NCBI GenBank assembly: GCA_045808085.1
Contig: JBJMGE010000006.1
Coordinates: forward strand, 144,194-208,193
DNA from: Terriglobales bacterium
GTDB lineage: Bacteria > Acidobacteriota > Terriglobia > Terriglobales > Acidobacteriaceae
Direction of reading: 5' to 3'
DNA: 64,000 bases
The notes beneath the pieces were generated by a model. It saw only the letters and a program-made list of their open reading frames with translations. It made no database searches and was not told the DNA's origin. Position 1 is the first letter of the stretch. Every line of letters begins with the position of its first letter. Positions 25,018 to 33,406 of the stretch are shown piece after piece. A program made the translations under genes and the position numbers.

Positions 25018-25515
25018 ATGGCGGCAACATCTCAGCCAGTAAACGATTCCGGCCGGCAACTTCTGCGGCATACCCTGGCAACGCTGGCCTACCGTGCGGG
25101 AAAGGCGTTTCGTGATGCGCCGGAAAGCTTCGCCACATTCAGTACCGGGGAAAAAGGCCGGACTCCAGCCCACATCCTGGCGCACATGGGCGATCTTTTT
25201 GACTGGGCCCTTTCCATTGCGCGAGGCAAACAGGCTTGGCATGATTCCGATCCGCTGCCGTGGCCTGAGGAAGTGAAGCGATTTTTCAAAACTCTGGAAG
25301 CGTTTGATAGCTATCTGGCATCCGATGCCCCGCTCGCCGCTTCACCGGAAAAGCTTTTTCAGGCTCCAGTGGCCGATGCTTTGACGCACACGGGGCAAAT
25401 CGCAATGCTGCGACGCATGGCCGGATGCCCAATGCGCCGTGAGAATTACTATCGCGCGGAAATTGTCGCTGGGCGCGTGGGCCCAGATCAGGCCGCGCCG
25501 GTAAGAGAGTTCTGA
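25018..25515 (+). CDS. DinB-superfamily protein
   Basis: 'LRHTLATLAY', 'PAHILAHMGDL' and 'ALTHTGQIAMLRR', the His triad pattern of DinB-like four-helix bundles. Confidence 0.65.
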   Translation: MAATSQPVNDSGRQLLRHTLATLAYRAGKAFRDAPESFATFSTGEKGRTPAHILAHMGDLFDWALSIARGKQAWHDSDPLPWPEEVKRFFKTLEAFDSYLASDAPLAASPEKLFQAPVADALTHTGQIAMLRRMAGCPMRRENYYRAEIVAGRVGPDQAAPVREF

Positions 25516-25690
25516 TCCGATGCAATTTTGCTCTTCCTGTGGGCCAGCAACAAAAAGGCTTAGCAGGCGGCGGTGCCGCGGTTGGCAACGCTGGGCAGCG
25601 GGTGCTCGCCAACAGTTAAAGGCCAACTGTGACCGTGGTCACAGCCCAGAAATTTACCTTCGCGGATACTTGTGCTTCGTGGAGGTTGCG

Positions 25691-26104
25691 ATGAAATTTA
25701 CCAGAATCCTCTTCGGCGTATTCGCGCTGCTTCTGTCCGGCGCGACAATTACTCTTGTTTCCCAGGAAAAACACTCCCCAAGGCCAGTGGGCTACAGCTA
25801 CGCGCCGACCAGTGAGCAAACGGTACGCGGCTGGGTGGAGGAGTCAAAAGATTTTCAGTGTCCGGTGACCGGCACTGTGGGTTCGCACATCACGGTAAAA
25901 AATGAGACTGGAAGCATTGAGGTCCATCTGGCGCCCGCATCATTCATGAAGCAGTATGAGATCAATATCCGCAAGGGCGACAAGGTAACCGTGGTCGGCT
26001 CCAGGATTATGTTTGAAGGTAAGACGGCGCTGATAGCCAAGTCTGTAGCTATTGGGAATGAGACGTATAACTTCCGCGATCCGTCAGGGAACCCTCTCTG
26101 GTAA
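25691..26104 (+). CDS. Small secreted protein (OB-fold-like?)
   Basis: ATG at 25691 follows 'ggaggttgcg'. Signal peptide 'MKFTRILFGVFALLLSGA'. No family assigned with confidence. Confidence 0.6.
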   Translation: MKFTRILFGVFALLLSGATITLVSQEKHSPRPVGYSYAPTSEQTVRGWVEESKDFQCPVTGTVGSHITVKNETGSIEVHLAPASFMKQYEINIRKGDKVTVVGSRIMFEGKTALIAKSVAIGNETYNFRDPSGNPLW

Positions 26105-26147
26105 TTGATTGTTGTTGCTGTTTCCTGGGGGAGGAAATAGCGTAGAC

Positions 26148-26186
26148 AAAGGCCGGGCTCATGTTGAGTCCGGCTTTTGTTTTTGC
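26148..26186 (+). terminator. Intrinsic terminator
   Basis: aaaggccgggctc pairs with gagtccggctttt (one mismatch) around a 5-nt loop, followed by gtttttg. Confidence 0.6.
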
Positions 26187-26301
26187 GTGCAGCCATTGAA
26201 GGCGTCTTGCTCGGTATGGTCAAGTGCCGATCAAGTTGCACATCATCCTGCCCTGATCCCCGGCTCCGATTTACGTTTGAAGCGTAACTTCTGCGTAAAG
26301 A

Positions 26302-26326
26302 GTAACTTCTGCAGCATTTCTGCGTA
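26302..26326 (+). promoter_or_regulatory. ECF-type promoter candidate GTAAC-N16-CGTA
   Basis: GTAAC (26302-26306), a 16-nt spacer, then CGTA (26323-26326), 22 nt upstream of the sigma-factor ATG. 'gtaacttctgc' is duplicated at 26284. Confidence 0.4.
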
Positions 26327-26348
26327 TCATTACCGTCCAAGGCCGCCG

Positions 26349-26840
26349 ATGACGGATTTCCATAGCCTCTACCAAAGCTATGCGCCGCAGGTGCATCGCT
26401 TTGTGCTGTTCCTTTGCGGCGACGCGGCCCTGGCGGACGACATTACTTCAGAGACGTTCGTACGCGCATGGACCTCACGCGGCAAGATCAGGGAAGCAAC
26501 AGTCAAGGCCTACCTGTTTACCATTGCGCGCAACCTGTACCGCGACCATCTGCGCCGCAACAACCGGCTGACTGAGTTGGAAGATTCCATTCCCGATCCA
26601 GGCGTGGGCCTGGCCACGCGCACTGAGCAGAAAGCTGAATTGAGCGCCGTGATGGACGCCCTGCGCCAGCTCTCTGAAGTTGACCGATCCGCGCTGCTGA
26701 TGCGCGTGCAGGAAGAAATGCCATATGAAGAAATTGCGCAAGCGCTGAAGCTGCCCGTGACTACCGTGAAGGTGAAGGTCCATCGCGCGCGATTGAAGCT
26801 GATGCATGCCAGAGAAAATTTTCAGGAGGTGCGCCCATGA
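26349..26840 (+). CDS. ECF-family RNA polymerase sigma factor
   Basis: Region 2 'DITSETFVRAW...YLFTIARNLYRDHLRR' and region 4 'RSALLMRVQEEMPYEEIAQALKLPVTTVKVKVHRAR'. Confidence 0.9.
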   Translation: MTDFHSLYQSYAPQVHRFVLFLCGDAALADDITSETFVRAWTSRGKIREATVKAYLFTIARNLYRDHLRRNNRLTELEDSIPDPGVGLATRTEQKAELSAVMDALRQLSEVDRSALLMRVQEEMPYEEIAQALKLPVTTVKVKVHRARLKLMHARENFQEVRP

Positions 26841-27469
26841 AGCTGGAGCGCGAAGTCATTATAGATCTGTTGCCCGCCTATTTTTCCGGCGAAGCCAGTG
26901 CGGCTACACGCACGCTGGTGGAAGATTTTTTTCGCGAGAACCCGGATTTTGAAAAGTCGGCGCGCTCCGCTGCCGGCCCGCTGGAGAGCCTGAAGGCTGC
27001 TCCGTCCAAGCTCGGGGCTGGACTTGATCCGGAAAAAGAAAAGCTGGCCCTGGAGCGCGCACGCTTGGTGACGGAAACGCGCAGCTCATTCTTCTGGCTG
27101 GCCGTGCTCAGCACTTTGATGCTGTTTCTTTTCCGCATTCAAAATGGCAAGATCGTTTGGATTGTCTGGAGCGGTTCCGCTTCCGGCGGCGGCCGGGAGG
27201 CATTATTCATAGCGATGGCGGTATTCTTCTGGCTCTTCTATTTCATGGCTCGCCGCCGTACTACTCCACTTCCGGCCCATACAAAGTTCTTGTGGATGGC
27301 GACCTTTTATAGTGTTCTCACTGGCCTGTTCAAGATCGAGAACCACAAAATTGTCTGGCTGCTCTTTCATGGCGACCCAAGCGCGGGAATTTTCATCGCT
27401 GCGTTTGCTGCAGCTCTTTGGGGCATCTACTTCATCCAGCGTTGGCAGTTCAACCGTACGGGACTATGA
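26837..27469 (+). CDS. Putative membrane anti-sigma factor
   Basis: ATGA overlap with the sigma gene. N-terminal 'VIIDLLPAYFSGEAS' and four hydrophobic helices containing an internal duplication ('NGKIVWIVW' / 'NHKIVWLLF'). Confidence 0.6.
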   Translation: MKLEREVIIDLLPAYFSGEASAATRTLVEDFFRENPDFEKSARSAAGPLESLKAAPSKLGAGLDPEKEKLALERARLVTETRSSFFWLAVLSTLMLFLFRIQNGKIVWIVWSGSASGGGREALFIAMAVFFWLFYFMARRRTTPLPAHTKFLWMATFYSVLTGLFKIENHKIVWLLFHGDPSAGIFIAAFAAALWGIYFIQRWQFNRTGL

Positions 27470-27479
27470 CTTTGTGGTT

Positions 27480-27795
27480 CAGCCGCGAGGCCCGTGGCCG
27501 CCGAGCGGCAAATAACAAGGCGACAGACCGATCGCAAGCAACATGATGCGTAGCGGTTTGGAGCGAAGCGACATAGATTTTAATCTTCAGCTGCGAGGCC
27601 CGTGGCCGCCGAGCGGCAAATAACAAGGCAACAAACCGATCGCAAACAAAATGATGCCTAAGCGGTTCGGAGCGAAGCGACATAAATTTTAATCTTCAGC
27701 TGCGAGGCCCGTGGCCGCCGAGCGGCAAATAACAAGGCAACAGACTGATCGCAAACAACATGATACCTAGGCGGTTTGGAGCGCAGCGACAAAAA
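27480..27795. repeat. Three tandem ~108-109-bp repeats
   Basis: Units start at 27480, 27588 and 27697. The first ~42 nt ('cagc.gcgaggcccgtggccgccgagcggcaaataacaagg') are almost invariant and the rest is diverged. The array fills the convergent gap 27469/27796. Confidence 0.9.
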
Positions 27796-28851
27796 TTATG
27801 GATTGGTAGTGATCTCGCCGATATTGGCCACGGTGTCACCTTTTTTCATCGACGGCACGCCGCAGATATAGAGCACCACTCCGGCGGCGGGCGCATGGGC
27901 CTCATAAATCGTCTTGCCAAAGTAGTCAGTGACGTAGCCGATCTTCATTCCCGGTTCCACATAAGTTCCGCGCTGCACCAGAGGATAAAAAATCCCCGGC
28001 TGGTCGCTGGCGACGGTATCAACTTTGCCAATCCACACTGGATGCTCAACCATCGCCGGCGCTCCCGGCAGCATTTTTAAATAGCGCATGAGGCTCAAAG
28101 TCCCGTTGGCCAGCAGCGCCACGTCATCGGTCTGGACGGTCCCGGAGTATCCGGCTTCCACGGCGATGGCGGGCTTGCCGCGCGTGTTGGCCATGTTATC
28201 CAGATAGCGCGATGCGGCGGGATCCTTGGGACGGTCACTCCAGACAATGACGTGATCCAACCCGAAGGCGAGCACCATGTCTCGCGTGATGGCGTCATGC
28301 TTGGCGTCGCCTGACTTTGGCCAGTAAGCGTAAGGACGCAAATTTTCGTCGATATCGCCGCCGTGGTAATCGACAAGAAAATCGCAGCGCTCCACGACCT
28401 GCTTGGTTATGGCGTAGGAAACGCGCTCGGTCTGCGTGCCATCCTGCTTGCCGGGATAGAAGCGGTTCATGCTCTTGCCGTCCACGGGATTCACGTGCGG
28501 GACTTTTTGCTCGAAAGAAGCAATGTTGACGAGCGGCAAAATGATGACAGTACCGGAAACCTGTGCGGGATCGAGTGCCTGAATCACTTTTTCCAGCGCA
28601 ATAATGGAGGCATATTCCGTGCCATGCGCGCCAGAAACCAGCGCAAGCACCGGACCGGGTTTGTTCCCGCGGATAACCAGAACGGGAATCGAGGTCGCGG
28701 CGTCAACTCCTGCGGGAATTTCCAGAGTGCCGGTAGCTTTTTGTCCGGCAGAAGCCGTGGCGGTGCCGACGGTAAAGCTATTTTGTGCGAATAAGGTAGC
28801 GGAGCAGAAAGCGACGAGAGATAACAACCAGGCAATGCGAGTGAGTTTCAT
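27796..28851 (-). CDS. Succinylglutamate desuccinylase/aspartoacylase (M14 AstE/AspA) family protein, secreted
   Basis: Signal peptide 'MKLTRIAWLLSLVAFCSATLFA' and 'VSGAHGTEYASI'. Confidence 0.7.
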   Translation of the reverse strand: MKLTRIAWLLSLVAFCSATLFAQNSFTVGTATASAGQKATGTLEIPAGVDAATSIPVLVIRGNKPGPVLALVSGAHGTEYASIIALEKVIQALDPAQVSGTVIILPLVNIASFEQKVPHVNPVDGKSMNRFYPGKQDGTQTERVSYAITKQVVERCDFLVDYHGGDIDENLRPYAYWPKSGDAKHDAITRDMVLAFGLDHVIVWSDRPKDPAASRYLDNMANTRGKPAIAVEAGYSGTVQTDDVALLANGTLSLMRYLKMLPGAPAMVEHPVWIGKVDTVASDQPGIFYPLVQRGTYVEPGMKIGYVTDYFGKTIYEAHAPAAGVVLYICGVPSMKKGDTVANIGEITTNP

Positions 28852-29052
28852 GGCGGAAGCAGTATAAGCCAGCCGTGACTGAGCGCGCTGGAGAATCGTG
28901 CATACGCTTTCTGTTCATGAGCGTGTGCTCTTTATGCGCAGCGGAACAGGTCGCTCACCTATGCACCACAGCTGAAGACTGCGGCAAACCGCTGGCATCG
29001 TACTTGGCTGGGGACGGCCATTTCGAAAACAAAGAAGGAAAAATAGAGCGGC

Positions 29053-30456
29053 TTAACAAATTCTTTCCAGGCGCACTGGAATTCCCGGCTTGGGCTGCAG
29101 CGTCACCGATGGATCCGGGCGCACTTCCTCTGGATCAATCGCCAGTGTGATGCGGAAGCGTTGCAGGATCAGTGTCAGCGCGGTCAAAAGTTCCGTCATG
29201 GCAAAGTTCAATCCGATGCATGTGCGTGGCCCCGCGCCGAAAGGCAAGTAGGCATAGCGTGGGCGGGCCGCGGAGTTTTCCGGCGCGAAGCGTTCCGGCC
29301 GAAAGACATCCGGGTCCTGCCACCATTTCGGGTGGCGCTGCGTGATGTACGGAAAGATCAGGATTTCCGAGCCGGCGCTGATGCGGTAGCCACCGATCTC
29401 ATCTTCATTCACGGCAGTGCGCGCCAGAGTCCACACCGGAGGATAGAGGCGCATGCTTTCTTCCAGCACCATGCGCGAATAGCGCAGCTTCATCAGGTCT
29501 TCATAGGCCGGAGTGCGTCCGTTGAGGAATACCGCTTCGGCGGTCATGCGCTCCACTACATCCGGACGCGTACCGATCAGATAACAAGTCCAGGCAAGGG
29601 CCAGCGTAGTGGTTTCATGTCCTGCTGTGAGCAGTGTAATGACTTCGTCGCGCAGCTGCTTGTCAGACATTGGCGCGCCGCTTTCGTCGCGGGCTTCCAT
29701 CAGCATGGTAAGCAGATCAGAGATTTGCTGGGGCTCGCGACGGCGCTCGGCGATGATGCGGTCAATGATGGCGTGAATGTGGGCCAGCGCAGCACGATAT
29801 TCACGATTGCGCCGTGTAGGAATGCTGAGCGGCGGCGGAAAGATGGACCATGCGCGGTCCACGGAATAATCGCGGCCAATATCGAGCGTGCGGCGGATTG
29901 ATTCGGCATCGGCTTCAAGGTTGGTGGTAAAGAGCACCTGCGCGGCAATGTTGAGCGTGAGGCGCATGAAGTCCGGGACGACGTCAAAGATCTGATTGTC
30001 TTTGGCGTTGATTTCCCATCGCCGCAGCATGGCGAAAGTATTTTCCGCCATGGTGCCGACGAACGAGGCCACCTGCTGCCCCTGAAATGAGGGCTGGGTC
30101 ATCTTGCGCTGGCGCTGCCAGAGCGTGCCTTCACTGGTGAGCAGGCCTTCGCCCAATGAGAGCTTAAGGATCCTGTAACCGCGGCCCTTGCGGTAATTGG
30201 CGACATTGCTTTGCAGCACCTGCTGAATGTGATCAGGATGGCTCAGCTGGTGCGTCACCCACACCCCGCGATAGCGAACCACATCGCCATAAGTAAGGGC
30301 CGCGCGAAAGAAGCCGCCGAGCGGGTCTTTGCGAAATTGTGGCAGGTCCAGAAAAAACTGAAGGGTGTGAGGACCGGGCGCGTTACTCAACTGGCGGGAA
30401 CGATTCAATGCTCTTAATTCTATCCGAGTGCGGGGCAGGCAGGAATGAAGGCACAA
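29053..30456 (-). CDS. Cytochrome P450
   Basis: 'FGAGPRTCIGLNFA' haem-Cys loop, 'AGHETT' I-helix and the 'ESMR' ExxR motif. The start is uncertain (TTG at 30456). Confidence 0.9.
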   Translation of the reverse strand: MCLHSCLPRTRIELRALNRSRQLSNAPGPHTLQFFLDLPQFRKDPLGGFFRAALTYGDVVRYRGVWVTHQLSHPDHIQQVLQSNVANYRKGRGYRILKLSLGEGLLTSEGTLWQRQRKMTQPSFQGQQVASFVGTMAENTFAMLRRWEINAKDNQIFDVVPDFMRLTLNIAAQVLFTTNLEADAESIRRTLDIGRDYSVDRAWSIFPPPLSIPTRRNREYRAALAHIHAIIDRIIAERRREPQQISDLLTMLMEARDESGAPMSDKQLRDEVITLLTAGHETTTLALAWTCYLIGTRPDVVERMTAEAVFLNGRTPAYEDLMKLRYSRMVLEESMRLYPPVWTLARTAVNEDEIGGYRISAGSEILIFPYITQRHPKWWQDPDVFRPERFAPENSAARPRYAYLPFGAGPRTCIGLNFAMTELLTALTLILQRFRITLAIDPEEVRPDPSVTLQPKPGIPVRLERIC

Positions 30457-30651
30457 TTTCGCGCCTGATCATCGTTAGACCGGCGATAGCCGCAAAAGGT
30501 CAGCAAGGAAAGAGCCAATAAATATGCCGTCAAAGCTGGTGTTCATTCGCGAACAGTGCAATGCCGAAAGCGAACACCGGTTGGGGACAGCGCGCCAATC
30601 CTGCCATCCCATGTATTCATAGATTCAATCATTTACACCACCTGACGAGTT

Positions 30652-30668
30652 TGGCACGGCGTGTGCCA
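30652..30668. promoter_or_regulatory. Palindromic sigma54-like box TGGCACG-N4-GTGCCA
   Basis: The GG-N10-GC spacing of -24/-12 promoters is kept and it matches YTGGCACG. The -12 element is GTGC instead of TTGC. It reads the same on both strands. Confidence 0.3.
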
Positions 30669-30740
30669 TTACTCATGGCAGGAACCAACAGCACAATCGC
30701 TGAGGTTCCAAATTGAAACTTCAAGGATTCAGGAGCTCAT

Positions 30741-30857
30741 ATGTTTGACGGCAAAAATAATCGTCTTCTCGATAGTTTTTCATTCCGGCTGGCGTTGACC
30801 GCAGCAGTGTTCGCGACGTGGGCTGGTGCGGGGTACATGTTGCTTTCCCTAGCATAA
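30741..30857 (+). CDS. 38-aa small hydrophobic protein (below ORF-track cutoff)
   Basis: AGGAG lies 5 nt before the ATG. The product is 'MFDGKNNRLLDSFSFRLALTAAVFATWAGAGYMLLSLA', with one TM helix, and a hairpin follows the ORF. Confidence 0.4.
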   Translation: MFDGKNNRLLDSFSFRLALTAAVFATWAGAGYMLLSLA

Positions 30858-30878
30858 ACACTGTTTGTTTTGCCAGCT

Positions 30879-30915
30879 ATCAAGTAAGGAAGAAAGTACT
30901 TTGATATTTGTTGTG
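30879..30915 (+). terminator. Hairpin + T-rich tract after the small ORF
   Basis: atcaagta (30879-30886) pairs with tactttgat (30897-30905) with one bulge, followed by atttgttgtg. Confidence 0.35.
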
Positions 30916-31238
30916 AGCCGGGATTTCACATTCATAAGAGAGCGTCCGGGCACGGTTGCCGGACCATTCGCCACACCGGCAATTTAGTGAAATGGTCAAC
31001 GGCCAACGATCAATGCAAGGTGATTTGATAACGCGGGGTCCGGCCGCGGAGTTTGTACGAGGGGTTGAGGGCGTCGATGCAACCTTAGAGTTAGGGCAGC
31101 ATGTCGCGCAGTGCCCGGTCTAATAACTTTCACGCGATGATTGCACGGGCGCCCAACAACCAACAACCACGATTCCTCTCGGTAACGCCTTGGCTGATTT
31201 CAAATACCTCATCGTTAAAGTCATGGCGAGAGGCGCTA

Positions 31239-31808
31239 TTACGCCACCTGGGCCCGAGCAACGCCGTTGGGTTGGGGAACATGCTCGCAATCTTGAGAAA
31301 CATCCTTTGGGCGCGATTGGTTCGCCAGACGTTGCATCGTAAATGATTTTGCAGCTACCACATCCTGCACGGGGCAGGCCAGCAGAGCAGCACACTCGCG
31401 CAGCCCATAGCCTTCCAGCACCGCCATAACAAATACAAACCTCTCAAAGGGCTCCCAGGACGCTACAACAGCAATGCTCTCAGCGTCATTCCCACTCCAC
31501 TGCGCTTCTGCCGCTTCCAAGATCGCGCCATGACGTGTTGGCACCGGCGCAATGGCTTCGATCGCACTCTGAATGATCGCGCGTTTGCTCCACGCCCGCG
31601 CCCATTGCCGGAAAACAGGGTTGCCGTGGATGCTAGCTTCCAGACCGGCCACAAAGCATTGTTCCGCTGCGGCGTGGTCCGCCGTCAGCAAAAAGGCGAG
31701 ACGGTGCAGCCCGACCATATCTTCATTGAAAATTTGTTGAAAATCTTTGCAGCTGGCGTATTCGGTGACCCGTTCAATGGTTTTTTGTTTGTTTCTACTG
31801 CGGAACAT
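31239..31808 (-). CDS. ECF-like sigma factor / sigma-related regulator
   Basis: 'LHRLAFLLTADHAAAEQCFVAGL' is region-2-like. 'FVMAVLEGYGLRECAALLACPVQDVVAAKSFTMQRL' is a region-4-like HTH. The sequence is divergent. Confidence 0.55.
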   Translation of the reverse strand: MFRSRNKQKTIERVTEYASCKDFQQIFNEDMVGLHRLAFLLTADHAAAEQCFVAGLEASIHGNPVFRQWARAWSKRAIIQSAIEAIAPVPTRHGAILEAAEAQWSGNDAESIAVVASWEPFERFVFVMAVLEGYGLRECAALLACPVQDVVAAKSFTMQRLANQSRPKDVSQDCEHVPQPNGVARAQVA

Positions 31809-32191
31809 CCAAACTCCCTCATCCTAGTCAACGTACGTAAAAAAGTGCAGAACGGTTTTGATCCGGGTCCGGTTAATTTAGCTGACGTTTAGACCCGCGA
31901 GATATTGAGTCGGATCCAATATATTTTTGCAGAGCAGCACAAGAATGTTGGCTGGGACTTCTCCCGTCGCGACTCACTGTAGAAATAGTGGCAGGAGCAG
32001 CCCGGCCGTTTCACCAAATCGATTAGAACAATCATAAAAAGTAAGCTGCTCCGGACGGAGATGCTGAAACCATTAAGGTGATGGAGCCGACACTCTGGTG
32101 GCCGTGACTCGCCAGGTGCTACATTCTTTTGACAGGCGACCATGTTTGCTGTGTGTTGCTCGAATTGCATTTCCGAAGTGGTGAAAGCCTA

Positions 32192-32923
32192 ATGACGAAA
32201 ATACTCCTGGGCCTCATGATATTGGCTGGCGGTGCGGCGTTTGCCCTGCACAGCCTGGCAGACGAACCGACTATAACGCAGGACGAACTGGTGCGACGTA
32301 CACAAGAACTGTTTGACTCCATCGTGCCGTGTAGCCAGGAGCCATTCAAGAAATATTATGCCGATGACGCGATGTTCTTCGACGAAAAAGGTCGCAATAT
32401 AGACAAAGCCGCGCTGGTAAAGGATATCCAACCCATGCCAAAGGGGTATTCCGGCACGATCAAGCTGGTTCGGCCGAAGAGCCATATTGAAGGGACTGTG
32501 GCAATCCTGAGCTATGACCTGGATGAGACAGAGACGGTGTTTGGGCAGAACCTGACGGCGCGTTATCACGAAACCGATACCTGGATGCGGCGCGGCGGTA
32601 GCTGGCAGATCGTCGCGGGACAGGTACTGCGCTATTACGAAGACCCCGCACCAGGCAAGGCTGATACCAGCAAATTCCCAAGCTACGTAGGGACATATCG
32701 GCTGGGACCGGAACGGACGATGGCAATCACGGCAGAAGACGGTCATCTATATGCGACGCGCAATGGCCGTCCGAAGGAAGAACTTATTCCAGAAGCCAGC
32801 GATATTTTCTTCCGCAAAGGCGTGGAAGGCCGGACCTTGTTTGGTCATAGCGATGATGGCAAGGTGATTACACTCATTGACCGCAGGAACAATGAAGACG
32901 TGGTGTGGAGTAAAGCGAAGTGA
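32192..32923 (+). CDS. Secreted SnoaL/DUF4440-like + DUF3471-like two-domain protein
   Basis: Start at 'MTKILLGLMILAGGAAFA'. 'RYHETDTWMRRGGSWQIVAGQ' is typical of the DUF4440 C-terminus. 'YVGTYRLGPERTMAITAEDGHLY' is DUF3471-like. Confidence 0.6.
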   Translation: MTKILLGLMILAGGAAFALHSLADEPTITQDELVRRTQELFDSIVPCSQEPFKKYYADDAMFFDEKGRNIDKAALVKDIQPMPKGYSGTIKLVRPKSHIEGTVAILSYDLDETETVFGQNLTARYHETDTWMRRGGSWQIVAGQVLRYYEDPAPGKADTSKFPSYVGTYRLGPERTMAITAEDGHLYATRNGRPKEELIPEASDIFFRKGVEGRTLFGHSDDGKVITLIDRRNNEDVVWSKAK

Positions 32924-32939
32924 ACGCCGGGAGAGCCCT

Positions 32940-33305
32940 ATGGGCACAAAAGAAAAAATGAGCTTGATTGGCCGGCCAGTGCCAGAGTTGCCGGTCGCTG
33001 ATGTGGAGCGGGCACAACAGCATTACAGAGATGCACTCGGCTTTGAGATTGGATGGCTTTACCCAGACAAGGGGATAGGTGCCGTGTCACGTGGTGATGC
33101 GGGCCCGATATTCTTTCGCAAGAGAACACCGCCGTTCGACCATGCCGTTCACTGGGTGTTCGCTGAAGATATCGATGCGACATACCAGGAGCTGAAGTCG
33201 TCAGGTGCGAACATCGTGGAGCCACTGGAGACGAAGCCCTGGGGATTGCGACAGTTCACGGTAAAGGACCTCGACGGGAACCTCTTCTATTTCCACCATG
33301 ACTAA
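32940..33305 (+). CDS. VOC (glyoxalase/bleomycin-resistance) family protein
   Basis: 'VPELPVADVERAQQHYRDALGFEI' and 'GLRQFTVKDLDGNLFYF'. Confidence 0.8.
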   Translation: MGTKEKMSLIGRPVPELPVADVERAQQHYRDALGFEIGWLYPDKGIGAVSRGDAGPIFFRKRTPPFDHAVHWVFAEDIDATYQELKSSGANIVEPLETKPWGLRQFTVKDLDGNLFYFHHD

Positions 33306-33406
33306 CCCCGTCCCATCACAAGCGGCTGGAGCGACATTTCGGGGCTGATTTGTTCGCTGCGGCAGCGTAAAATCCGCAAGGCTTCAGCGTGTCATAATCA
33401 TTACGC

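Noticed and set aside
27450-27683. 77-aa minus-strand ORF, and the idea that the 108-bp array is a CRISPR
   Set aside because: The ORF simply translates two repeat units (a duplicated peptide), so it is a repeat artefact. The array has no unique spacers between short repeats and no cas genes, so it is not a CRISPR.
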